Origin: Chitinophagales bacterium | GTDB taxonomy: Bacteria > Bacteroidota > Bacteroidia > Chitinophagales > Chitinophagaceae | Length of the DNA: 15,687 bases | Assembly (NCBI GenBank): GCA_015655435.1 | Contig: JAATFC010000117.1 | Span: 1 to 15,687, forward strand | Reading direction: 5' to 3' | Part shown: one piece after another, positions 6,811-15,161 of the stretch | Layout: each line of letters starts with the position of its first letter | How positions within the stretch are numbered: the stretch's first letter is position 1 | Made by a program: the position numbers and the translations under genes | The notes under the pieces: model-generated | Databases searched by the model: none | Seen by the model: only the letters and a program-made list of their open reading frames with translations | Told to the model about the DNA's origin: nothing

Positions 6811-8961
6811 ATGTTATCACAACCATATAGCGTCAGTTTTGATCTTGGAAAAGACAGGAGCGTGACGATTGGTACAGGCAAATTGGCGCGTCAAGCAGAC
6901 GGAGCCGTGACTGTACAACAAGGAAATACCGTATTGTTGGCAACCGTTGTAGCCAACAAAGAACCAAGGGAAGGACAGGATTTCTTCCCGTTAAGTGTTG
7001 ATTACCAGGAAAAATTTGCTGCTGCGGGACGTATCCCGGGTACTTTTTTCAAAAGAGAAGGAAGGTTGAGTGATTATGAAGTATTGATCAGCCGTCTGGT
7101 GGATCGTGCTTTGCGCCCTTTGTTCCCGGAAGATTATTTCTGTGACGTACAGGTATTGATTACATTGATTTCCAGTGATGCGGAAGTAATGCCAGATTCT
7201 TTGGCTTGCTTGGCTGCATCTGCAGCATTAGCTGTTTCTGATATTCCTATTAAAGAAATTATTTCTGAAGTACGTGTTGCCAAAATCAATGGTGAATATA
7301 TTGTAAATCCCGGTCGTACTGAATTGGCGAACGCTGAAATGGAATTTATCATCGCAGCAACTGAAAAGAACCTGATGATGGTAGAAGGTGAAAGCAAGGA
7401 AGTACAGGAAGAAGATTTGGTAAAAGCCTTGGAAGTTGCCCACGAAGCAATACGCATACAGATTGCGGCGCAGGCTCAACTTCGCGACCAAAAGGGTATT
7501 GCCGGAAAACGCGACTATACCAAGCCGTTGCAAGATGCAGCACTTGAGCAAAAAGTAGCTGATTTCTGTACGGCTAAAATCAACGAAATCTCCCATGCTG
7601 GAACGTCTAAGCACGTGCGCAGTGAAGCTTTTGCTGAATTGAAAAAAGCAATGGTTCAAAGTCTGGGTGAAGATGTTGACGATGCTACCAAGAAATTGGC
7701 AAAAAAATATTACAGCGATCTAGAATGGAGTTTGGTGCGCAATATGATATTGGATGACCGTATCCGTCTGGATGGTCGCCAGTTGGATCAGGTGCGTCCA
7801 CTAGCAATGGAAACGGATATTTTACCGATTCCGCATGGTTCTTCATTGTTTACCCGTGGAGAAACACAGTCATTGTCAACCGTTACATTGGGTACACCTG
7901 ATGATGAGTTGATGATTGACGCAGCTACGGATACGCATTACACTAATTTTATTTTACATTATAATTTCCCTCCGTTTTCTACCGGAGAGGTTAAGCCTAT
8001 GCGTGGTCCTGGACGTCGTGAGGTTGGACACGGTAATCTGGCAATGCGTAGCTTGAAGCAGATGATGCCAGGCAACGATTATCCTTATACCGTTCGTATC
8101 GTGAGCGACGTATTGGAGTCCAATGGATCTTCTTCCATGGCGACTGTTTGCGCAGGGTCGCTGGCTCTTATGGATGCAGGTGTTCCTGTTCCTAAACACG
8201 TAAGTGGTGTTGCGATGGGATTGATAACTAGGGAAGACGGAAAATACGCAATATTGACCGACATCTTGGGTGACGAAGACCACTTGGGTGACATGGATTT
8301 TAAAGTTACGGGTACGCGCGACGGTATCTGCGGTGTACAGATGGACATCAAAGTGGACGGACTGAGCATGGATGTGATGCGTGAAGCATTGGCACAGGCT
8401 CGTAAAGGGCGTCTGCATATATTGGACGCTATGTACGAATGTGTTTCCGAGGCTCGTCCTGAAGTGAAACCACACGCTCCGAGAATGGAAAAACTCATCA
8501 TCGAAAAAGAATTTATCGGTGCTGTTATCGGCAAAGGTGGTGAAGTGATACAGGGTCTGCAAAAAGAAACCGGAACAACCATTACTATTGAAGAAGTAGG
8601 GGAAAAAGGTGAAGTAAGCATATTCTCTTCCAATAAGGAAGGTGTGCAGAAAGCTTTAGAAATCATCAAAGGCATTGTTGCCGTTCCGGAAGTCGGCACT
8701 ATTTACGAAGGTAAAATTAAAGGCGTTAAGGAATTTGGTGCTTTTGTAGAGTTTTTGCCTAAGAAAGAAGGATTGCTGCATATCAGCGAAATCAGTTGGA
8801 ATAGACTTGAATCCATGGACGGTCTTTACAAAGATGGAGATATCGTTAAGGTGAAACTGATTGGCGTTGATCCTAAGACAGGCAAATTCAAATTGAGCCA
8901 CAAAGCTTTACTTCCACGTCCGGAAAGAAAGCCTGCTCCAGGTGAAGAAAACAAAGCTTAG
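6811..8961 (+). CDS. pnp: Polyribonucleotide nucleotidyltransferase (PNPase)
   Basis: 716 aa. Two RNase PH-like domains, a KH region (IGAVIGKGGEVIQGLQKETG) and a C-terminal S1 domain (GTIYEGKIKGVKEFGAFVEF...GDIVKVKLIGVD). Located downstream of rpsO. Confidence 0.95.
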   Translation: MLSQPYSVSFDLGKDRSVTIGTGKLARQADGAVTVQQGNTVLLATVVANKEPREGQDFFPLSVDYQEKFAAAGRIPGTFFKREGRLSDYEVLISRLVDRALRPLFPEDYFCDVQVLITLISSDAEVMPDSLACLAASAALAVSDIPIKEIISEVRVAKINGEYIVNPGRTELANAEMEFIIAATEKNLMMVEGESKEVQEEDLVKALEVAHEAIRIQIAAQAQLRDQKGIAGKRDYTKPLQDAALEQKVADFCTAKINEISHAGTSKHVRSEAFAELKKAMVQSLGEDVDDATKKLAKKYYSDLEWSLVRNMILDDRIRLDGRQLDQVRPLAMETDILPIPHGSSLFTRGETQSLSTVTLGTPDDELMIDAATDTHYTNFILHYNFPPFSTGEVKPMRGPGRREVGHGNLAMRSLKQMMPGNDYPYTVRIVSDVLESNGSSSMATVCAGSLALMDAGVPVPKHVSGVAMGLITREDGKYAILTDILGDEDHLGDMDFKVTGTRDGICGVQMDIKVDGLSMDVMREALAQARKGRLHILDAMYECVSEARPEVKPHAPRMEKLIIEKEFIGAVIGKGGEVIQGLQKETGTTITIEEVGEKGEVSIFSSNKEGVQKALEIIKGIVAVPEVGTIYEGKIKGVKEFGAFVEFLPKKEGLLHISEISWNRLESMDGLYKDGDIVKVKLIGVDPKTGKFKLSHKALLPRPERKPAPGEENKA

Positions 8962-8990
8962 CATTTATATTTAGCTATTCAATATTAGAT

Positions 8991-9018
8991 CCCTGTGAGT
9001 TTTCACGGGGATTTTTTG
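8991..9018 (+). terminator. Rho-independent terminator of pnp
   Basis: CCCTGTGA at 8991-8998 pairs with TCACGGGG at 9003-9010, with one G-U pair. Loop GTTT. Then ATTTTTTGTTTG. Lies 30 nt after the pnp stop. Confidence 0.65.
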
Positions 9019-9092
9019 TTTGCTTCTGGGATAATCGTTTTCAAGCATATTTTTAGCATAGTATTTGCTAATCTTTCAAAAAACGACAACAA

Positions 9093-9566
9093 ATGAAAAA
9101 GAAATTATTCTCTCTAGCCCTTGTTGGATTTTCTTTTTTGGGGCTTCACAATCAAGTGTCTGCCCAAAGAGGAGCTTCTTATGAAAATGGAGTAGGTCTT
9201 TTTATTGATGCCGGTAACGGTGGCACTTATGTAGGACCTCACCTGAAACATTATTTCAACAGCAACGATGCTGGACAAGTCATGGTATTGTTTGGCAATA
9301 GCCAGACGCTTGTAGGCGCTGAATATTCCTACAATGCAGCTATCTCTGGCGCAGATGGGCTGAAATGGAATGCAGGCCTAGGTCCGCAAGTGATTTTTGG
9401 ACATGGTACGACTGACTTTTTGATTCGTCCAATGGTGGGTCTGGAGTACAAAATCCCACAAGTTCCTATCGCTTTTGGATTTGACTGGAGACCAGCTTGG
9501 CAGTTGACTCACGGCAATAATTTTGAGGCTGGACGTTTCGGTATTGCTTTAAAATATGCGTTTTAG
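9093..9566 (+). CDS. Small outer-membrane beta-barrel protein (OmpX/OmpW-like, OMP_b-brl type), hypothetical
   Basis: 157 aa. Signal peptide (MKKKLFSLALVGFSFLGLHNQVSA-Q). Alternating Gly/aromatic beta-strand pattern. C-terminal ...GIALKYAF ends in Phe, typical of beta-barrel OMPs. Confidence 0.5.
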   Translation: MKKKLFSLALVGFSFLGLHNQVSAQRGASYENGVGLFIDAGNGGTYVGPHLKHYFNSNDAGQVMVLFGNSQTLVGAEYSYNAAISGADGLKWNAGLGPQVIFGHGTTDFLIRPMVGLEYKIPQVPIAFGFDWRPAWQLTHGNNFEAGRFGIALKYAF

Positions 9567-9591
9567 AAAAATATTGTATACTTGAAAAAAG

Positions 9592-9618
9592 AAAAGCTAC
9601 CTGAAAAGGTAGCTTTTT
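9592..9618. terminator. Bidirectional terminator between convergent genes (AAAAGCTACC-TGAAAA-GGTAGCTTTTT)
   Basis: 10-bp stem at 9592-9601 and 9608-9617. A-run upstream and T-run downstream, so it reads as hairpin plus U-tract on both strands. A second TAGCTTTTTTT copy at 9627-9637 offers an alternative pairing. Confidence 0.6.
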
Positions 9619-9635
9619 GATTATCGTAGCTTTTT

Positions 9636-9920
9636 TTAAAAATCATCTCCATTGTTCAAGTTGTTGCCGCCGTAAAACGACTCTTCGTTGTTGGTGTACA
9701 CGTCCAGCCATTTCTGTGCGGTCTCGTCACTCAGCAATTCGATGATATCAAAAATCTCATCGGATTTTTTCATCCATTTCATTGTCAATTCATTTCCGTA
9801 ATTCACAACGTACATAGCGTAATCCGAAACCACTTTGACCTGGATCAGCGAAAGTGGCGCATTTTCTTCTAACTGAACGAGATAATAACAATCCGGTTCC
9901 AAAATTGCATAACTATACAT
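9636..9920 (-). CDS. Small acidic hypothetical protein (94 aa) with a canonical Shine-Dalgarno
   Basis: No recognisable family. Strongly acidic. The minus-strand upstream reads AAAAAAAGGAGGGATCG-ATG, i.e. AGGAGG 5 nt before the start. A bidirectional terminator lies 18 nt past the stop. Confidence 0.5.
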   Translation of the reverse strand: MYSYAILEPDCYYLVQLEENAPLSLIQVKVVSDYAMYVVNYGNELTMKWMKKSDEIFDIIELLSDETAQKWLDVYTNNEESFYGGNNLNNGDDF

Positions 9921-10055
9921 CGATCCCTCCTTTTTTTCAAATAACTAATTGACTGTTTCTATGATGCCTTTGCATCTTCTAACAAATATAATGGAGAATG
10001 TGGTTAAATAAAAAATAAATTCTGCAGACTTTGTGCTATTTTCTGCAAACGAAAT

Positions 10056-11336
10056 CTATCTCAATTCCCAATCAATTACCTGATTGCTCCATTCTTGTTT
10101 GTATGGTGCGGTCACGCGGATATAGTTGTCCGTATAACCTTCCATCATACCATTTTTGTTGTGTTCTTCAAACAAAACCTTCCTCGTTTCGCCCCTGTGC
10201 GACTCCGTAAAGTATTGCTGTTTTTTGTACGAAAGATTGCGCAGCATCTTATTGCGTTCGTGTCGGGTATGTATTGGGATGACTGGCTGGATTTCCAATG
10301 CTTTTGTCCTAGCTCTTTCCGAATAGGTAAATACGTGGAAATAACTCACGTCCAACGCATGCAGGAAATCATAAGTTTCCTGAAAATAACTTTCTTCCTC
10401 TCCCGGAAAACCTACAATCACATCCACGCCAATTGCACAATCCGGCATCACTTGTTTGATATGTTCGACTCTTTCCTGGTACAAATCACTTTTATATCGA
10501 CGGCGCATCATGCCCAATATATGATCGCTTCCACTCTGTAACGGAATATGGAAGTGCGGCATGAAACGTTTGCTTTTTGCCACGAAATCAATAATGTCGT
10601 CCGACAAAAGATTAGGCTCAATAGACGAAATGCGATAGCGGTCAACGCCATCCAAATCATCCAAAGCCTGAACCAGGTGCAGGAACGATTCTTCGTTTTT
10701 CCTATTGCCATCCGGACCTTTCCCAAAATCGCCCAAGTTGATACCCGTCAATACGATTTCTTTCACGTTGCCCGTGTCTGCAAGTTTTTTAGCACTTTCC
10801 AATACGTTGGCAATACTGTCGCTACGGCTTTTGCCACGCGCCTGCGGAATCGTACAAAAAGCACAGGTATAATCACAACCGTCCTGCACTTTCAGAAAAG
10901 TTCGAGTACGGTCGTTGAGTGAATAGGCATTATTAAAGCCAGTAACTTCCGAAATCTCGCAACTCGAAATCTTGGTCGAATCTCCTTTCGTCAATTCTTT
11001 CAGATGTTCAGTTATATTGAATTTTTCTGCTGCGCCCAATATGAGGTCAACGCCAGGAATTTCAGCAATTTCCTTGGGTTTCAACTGTGCGTAACAACCC
11101 GTAATGACGACCATGCTTTCCGGTGCTTTGCGTTGTATGCGTCTTACAATCTGGCGGCATTCCTTGTCCGCATTTTCAGTAACGGAACAGGTATTGATAA
11201 CGTAAACATCCGCAATATCATCAAACGCTTTCTTCTCAAAACCGTCCGCCTCCAGCATTCTGGAAAGGGTAGAGGTTTCAGAAAAATTGAGCTTGCAGCC
11301 CAACGTGTGAAAAGCGACTGATTTATTCTTTTGCAT
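10056..11336 (-). CDS. mtaB: Radical-SAM methylthiotransferase, MtaB-like (tRNA t6A37 methylthiotransferase); family certain, subfamily probable
   Basis: 426 aa. N-terminal MTTase domain (VAFHTLGCKLNFSETS...INTCSVTENADKECRQ...ITGCYAQL). Radical SAM CDYTCAFCTIP motif. C-terminal TRAM-like region. Length and N-terminus fit MtaB better than MiaB or RimO. Confidence 0.7.
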   Translation of the reverse strand: MQKNKSVAFHTLGCKLNFSETSTLSRMLEADGFEKKAFDDIADVYVINTCSVTENADKECRQIVRRIQRKAPESMVVITGCYAQLKPKEIAEIPGVDLILGAAEKFNITEHLKELTKGDSTKISSCEISEVTGFNNAYSLNDRTRTFLKVQDGCDYTCAFCTIPQARGKSRSDSIANVLESAKKLADTGNVKEIVLTGINLGDFGKGPDGNRKNEESFLHLVQALDDLDGVDRYRISSIEPNLLSDDIIDFVAKSKRFMPHFHIPLQSGSDHILGMMRRRYKSDLYQERVEHIKQVMPDCAIGVDVIVGFPGEEESYFQETYDFLHALDVSYFHVFTYSERARTKALEIQPVIPIHTRHERNKMLRNLSYKKQQYFTESHRGETRKVLFEEHNKNGMMEGYTDNYIRVTAPYKQEWSNQVIDWELR

Positions 11337-11360
11337 GATTTTGAGCCTGCAAAGATACGA

Positions 11361-11444
11361 ATTGATTTGAGGATTTGAAAATTAGGAAATTTGAAGATTT
11401 AGAAAGAAAGGCGTCATGCCATTGTTGGAATTATCTCCAACAAT
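11361..11444. repeat. Degenerate short tandem repeats (GATTTGA-like, 4-5 copies) followed by a perfect 9-bp hairpin ATTGTTGGA/TCCAACAAT
   Basis: The 11361-11407 region reads gaattGATTTGAgGATTTGAaaattaggaaATTTGAaGATTTaGAaag. Hairpin at 11421-11429 and 11436-11444. It lies between the low-GC gene and the mtaB start. Confidence 0.3.
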
Positions 11445-11531
11445 AATTTATAGTCGTCGGTGATAACGCCAACGATTATTTTTGTTCATATTATAATTAG
11501 CCTAAATCTAAAGGATAAACTACTTACATCT

Positions 11532-11984
11532 TTATTTTTCGTTCCTCACGATATGAAATATATTGGAATATATTTGAAATGTTTTGTTATATTCTAAAGC
11601 ATTAATTATTCTTAACCTAAATTGGGTTGAATTCTTAAAATAATAAGACATTTTAGAATATGGAGGAGGTTTAAAAAATACTCTAAACGCTTTTTTTAAA
11701 TTAATAGATGATTTGTATTTCTGCAATGGATATATAATCGGAACTCCATTTATAACTGTATATACATCATTGTGAACATCTTTTACTATTATATTCCAAT
11801 TATTGTTCACAAAAGCTTCTATCCCAATCGTCATGAATAAAGTGTCATTAGTCAAGTTTTTTATTTGCAGTTTAATTTCGTCATTTATATTATAGATTTC
11901 TTTTATTGGATTCACCGATACATATGGCTGTGCATTTAAGTTAGCACTGTATATCATGATAAGTATGAGTAGTCTTAATTTCAT
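11532..11984 (-). CDS. Secreted hypothetical protein (150 aa) in a markedly low-GC islet
   Basis: Signal peptide MKLRLLILIMIYSANLNA-Q. Mature part is Asn/Ile/Lys/Tyr-rich with no Cys. The gene and flanks are visibly much more A+T-rich than neighbours. Preceded by a near -7 box AATATTTG 22 nt before the ATG. Confidence 0.5.
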   Translation of the reverse strand: MKLRLLILIMIYSANLNAQPYVSVNPIKEIYNINDEIKLQIKNLTNDTLFMTIGIEAFVNNNWNIIVKDVHNDVYTVINGVPIIYPLQKYKSSINLKKAFRVFFKPPPYSKMSYYFKNSTQFRLRIINALEYNKTFQIYSNIFHIVRNEK

Positions 11985-12103
11985 TAGATTACATTACTGC
12001 TATATTCAAATATTGGCTCAATAACTGATCTGATTTTTTGTATTTATCATGCCTTCATCAAATAACCGGAGCATTACCATACAGTACTTACGTGAGAGTT
12101 GAA

Positions 12104-12448
12104 CTATACAGAAAACGAACTACCACAGCCACAACTAGAAGATGCATTTGGATTGTTGAAAACAAAGCCGCGAGCATTTAGGTCATTGTGCCAGTCTATC
12201 TGCATTCCTTGAATATAGAGCAAGTGGTTTTTGTTGATAGCACATTGGATGCCGTCAATTTCGAATAGAAGGTCAGTTTCCTGAGGGTCGTCAAATCCCA
12301 ATATGTAACTCATGCCGCTGCATCCGCCGCCTTTCACGCCAATACGCAAGTATTGTTCAGAGCCTGCCGGACTGGATTTCAATAGGTTTTTAAATTCTAT
12401 TGCTGCGCTTGGAGATATACTTATCGGTGCTGCTATTGCTGTTTCCAT
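12104..12448 (-). CDS. A-type iron-sulfur cluster insertion/carrier protein (HesB/IscA/ErpA family)
   Basis: 114 aa. Family-typical Cys in GGGCSGMSY and C-terminal CGCGSSF motif. Confidence 0.85.
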   Translation of the reverse strand: METAIAAPISISPSAAIEFKNLLKSSPAGSEQYLRIGVKGGGCSGMSYILGFDDPQETDLLFEIDGIQCAINKNHLLYIQGMQIDWHNDLNARGFVFNNPNASSSCGCGSSFSV

Positions 12449-12471
12449 TTTTGACTTTTTAATTTTGACTT
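12449..12471 (-). promoter_or_regulatory. Tandem direct repeat TTTTGACTT x2 (period 14 nt) immediately upstream of the Fe-S carrier gene start
   Basis: Plus-strand ttTTGACTTtttaatTTTGACTTctc at 12449-12474 fills the whole 26-nt gap between the response-regulator stop and the ErpA-like start. Confidence 0.3.
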
Positions 12472-12474
12472 CTC

Positions 12475-13176
12475 TTAATCTGTGTATTTGTAGCCCACGC
12501 CTCTTACGGAATGGAAATGTTCCGGATTTTTACTGTCTTTTTCAAAATATTTTCTGAAGTTGAGGATGAAATTGTCGATGGTGCGAGTCGCAGGGTAAAC
12601 GTTGTAACCCCAGACCGCCTGCAAAATCTTTTCGCGGGTGACGACTTCGTTTTTGTTTTCAATCAGCAGTTTGAGCAACATGGTTTCTTTTTTGCTCAGT
12701 TCGATAGTCTGTCCTTGCCAAGTTTCTGCTTGTTGAGATGCAAATTCGATTCTGTTGTGCCCAAAAGTGTAAATATCGCTGACCGTGTCCTTGTCCTGTA
12801 TTTTCCGGTTTTTGATGATGAGTTTTTTTACCCTCAAGAGTAATTCCTCCAGGTCAAACGGTTTGGTCAGATAGTCGTCTGCTCCTTTTTTTAAACCTAA
12901 AACCTTGTCCTGACTAGTGTTCTTGGCACTCAATATCAGGATTGGAGATTCTATATTTTGCAAACGCAAAGTTTCCGTTACGTTGATGCCGTCAATCTCG
13001 GGAATCATGATATCCATGATAATCAGGTCAAAATACTCTTCCATCGCGGCCTTTGTCGCCTGCAATCCGTCAAATGCCGAAGTGACCGAATAGCCGTCCA
13101 GCTCGAGGTTTAGTTTTAAGGTCTCGTGCAGGTTTTCCTCGTCCTCCACTAAGAGTATATTGCCATTATATTCCAT
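12475..13176 (-). CDS. OmpR/PhoB-family two-component response regulator (receiver plus winged-helix)
   Basis: 233 aa. Receiver domain ILLVEDEENL...DLIIMDIMIPEIDG...ILILSAKN...KKGADDYLTKPF. C-terminal winged helix ...LSKKETMLLKLL...REKILQAVWG...RTIDNFILNFRKYF...VRGVGYKY. Overlaps the kinase gene by 11 nt. Confidence 0.85.
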   Translation of the reverse strand: MEYNGNILLVEDEENLHETLKLNLELDGYSVTSAFDGLQATKAAMEEYFDLIIMDIMIPEIDGINVTETLRLQNIESPILILSAKNTSQDKVLGLKKGADDYLTKPFDLEELLLRVKKLIIKNRKIQDKDTVSDIYTFGHNRIEFASQQAETWQGQTIELSKKETMLLKLLIENKNEVVTREKILQAVWGYNVYPATRTIDNFILNFRKYFEKDSKNPEHFHSVRGVGYKYTD

Positions 13177-14230
13177 GCTGTTCTTTGCTTAAAGGTAATT
13201 GGATTGTAAAAATAGTGCCATTGGGCTGATTATCCGCTATGGAAATGACTCCCTTATGATCTGTGACTATCTTTTGACAAAGGAAAAGCCCAAGCCCTGT
13301 GCCTTTTGTTTTGCGGGTTTCCTCGTTTCCGATACGGTAAAATTTTTCAAAGATACGGTCTCTTTCCTCCGGACGGATACCGATACCTTGGTCGGCAGTC
13401 GACAGTCTTGCCATGTCCGATTCTTTGTCAAGCGTAATGGTGATTGTGGAATCCTTACCTGAATATTTGCGTGCGTTATCCAAAAAATTGTTCAATACAA
13501 GGTCCAGCAACGAGCTTTCGCCGTCAATATAGATATCAGGTTCTATGTCTGTTCTGATCTGGTGCGTAGGATATCTGCTCTGAAAATGCAAAACCGCCAT
13601 TTCCGCTTGCTCGCTCCAGTTGAGATGAGAGATGTTGAACGTGTATTCGTTGGATTCCAACTGTGATGCGGTCAGTATATTGTTGACGAGCGCATCCAGC
13701 CGTTTGGTTTCCTCCAATGATTGCTCAAGTAGCTTGTTGCGTTTTATATCGTCTAGGTTTCTTTTTAAAACAGTTTCCAGATTGAGCTTGGTAATGGCTA
13801 TTGGTGTTTTCAGCTCGTGCGTGACTGCCATCATGAAGTTTTGTTGCTTTCGGGAAAGCAGCAATTGCTGGCGCGTATTCCAATATACGTAAACAGCGCC
13901 AATCAATATGACCAATAGATAGGTAGAACCTTCACCGACGTATTGGAACGTTTTTCTTTTCTTGGCATCGTTGAGCGCTTCCAGTTTGTCCGTGTATTGA
14001 GGGTCGTCATGTTTCAGCTCCGCCAGGCGGAAACGGTACATCTGCCGATTCTGCGACTCCAGGGAAAAAAACCAAGAGGTAAATCCCGCGATGATGTACA
14101 ACAGCAGGAACGCAAAAGAAACCGTTAATAACTTGAATTGATGTTTTTTGTACTTCTTTCTCATTCTTATACAAATTTCCGTTGCGCTGCGCCATTTTCC
14201 AAATACGTATTGGTAGATATTTGGATGCAT
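13166..14230 (-). CDS. Sensor histidine kinase (two TM segments with a short ~45-aa extracytoplasmic loop, HisKA plus HATPase_c)
   Basis: H-box MAVTHELKTPIA. N-box LVLNNFLDNARKY. G-boxes DQGIGI and GTGLGL. Two TM segments flank a short loop. The true start may be the in-frame Met at 14164 (MRKKYKKHQFKLLTVSF...) rather than 14230. Confidence 0.8.
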   Translation of the reverse strand: MHPNIYQYVFGKWRSATEICIRMRKKYKKHQFKLLTVSFAFLLLYIIAGFTSWFFSLESQNRQMYRFRLAELKHDDPQYTDKLEALNDAKKRKTFQYVGEGSTYLLVILIGAVYVYWNTRQQLLLSRKQQNFMMAVTHELKTPIAITKLNLETVLKRNLDDIKRNKLLEQSLEETKRLDALVNNILTASQLESNEYTFNISHLNWSEQAEMAVLHFQSRYPTHQIRTDIEPDIYIDGESSLLDLVLNNFLDNARKYSGKDSTITITLDKESDMARLSTADQGIGIRPEERDRIFEKFYRIGNEETRKTKGTGLGLFLCQKIVTDHKGVISIADNQPNGTIFTIQLPLSKEQHGI

Positions 14231-14272
14231 CGACCTTTTTTTAACTAATTTTACCGAAAATATACATTTTCA

Positions 14273-15148
14273 ATGCTTTATTCAATGACCGGCTATGGTC
14301 GGGCCGAAAGATTAATCAACAATAAAAATTTTATTATTGAGCTGCGTTCGCTCAACGGAAAACAATTTGACCTGAGGCTCAATATGCCTTCCATATTGAA
14401 GCCGTTTGAGTTTGACATCCGCAGTATATTGAACGAAGGCTTGAGCCGGGGAACTGTTGAGTGTATTATTTCCATTGATGGCAACACTAATTCTTCTTCC
14501 GTTTCCATCAATAAAAATTTGGCTAAAAGTTATTTCCAGACTATAAAAGAGCTTTCCGACGAACTGTCAATAGATGCCGGAGATATTTTGCCCATCATTC
14601 TGAAATTACCTGATGTCGTAAGCAATACATCCGATCTTATTTCGGAAGAAGAATTTGCTCAGATTGCCGCACTTTTGAAAAAATGCGTTGACGCTATCAA
14701 CGACCATAGAAAAAACGAAGGCGCTGTATTGGAAAAAGATTTACTGAGCCGTGTCGAAAAAATTGAAAGCTTGGAGCCGGAAATAGTTTCGCATGAAGAG
14801 ACTAGAAGAACGAAAATAAAAGAAAATCTGACCAAACTATTGAACGAATACGTTGGCAAAGAGCAATACGACCAAAGCCGACTAGAGCAGGAATTGATTT
14901 ATTATATCGAAAAAATAGACATCCACGAAGAGCAAGTGCGACTGAGAAACCATTGCGACTATTTCAGAAGTATCATTGCTGAAGAAGGTGCAAGCAAAGG
15001 AAAAAAACTCTCTTTCATATTGCAGGAAATGGGACGCGAAATCAATACGACGGGCTCAAAAGCCTATAATTCGGAAATCCAGAAATGTGTGGTATTAATG
15101 AAGGATGAACTAGAAAAAGCAAAGGAACAGGTTTTAAATATTTTGTAA
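14273..15148 (+). CDS. yicC: YicC-family stress-induced protein (YicC_N / DUF1732)
   Basis: 291 aa. N-terminus MLYSMTGYGRAE mirrors the MIRSMTAYAR start of E. coli YicC. Family-like length and a C-terminal helical region. Divergent from the kinase gene. Confidence 0.75.
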   Translation: MLYSMTGYGRAERLINNKNFIIELRSLNGKQFDLRLNMPSILKPFEFDIRSILNEGLSRGTVECIISIDGNTNSSSVSINKNLAKSYFQTIKELSDELSIDAGDILPIILKLPDVVSNTSDLISEEEFAQIAALLKKCVDAINDHRKNEGAVLEKDLLSRVEKIESLEPEIVSHEETRRTKIKENLTKLLNEYVGKEQYDQSRLEQELIYYIEKIDIHEEQVRLRNHCDYFRSIIAEEGASKGKKLSFILQEMGREINTTGSKAYNSEIQKCVVLMKDELEKAKEQVLNIL

Positions 15149-15161
15149 GCTGTATAGTTTT

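Noticed and set aside
7134-8901. Several 64-204 aa ORFs on the minus strand inside pnp (7134..7457, 7228..7659, 7349..7543, 7954..8562, 8085..8699, 8656..8901)
   Set aside because: They are fully antisense to an unmistakable PNPase reading frame and have no family resemblance. Judged antisense artefacts.
10095-11321. Plus-strand ORFs 10095..10541, 10548..10922 and 11004..11321 opposite mtaB, and 12511..12843, 13199..13462, 13632..13892, 13943..14128 opposite the two-component genes
   Set aside because: Antisense to strong family-assignable CDSs. Low-complexity, Phe/Arg-rich translations.
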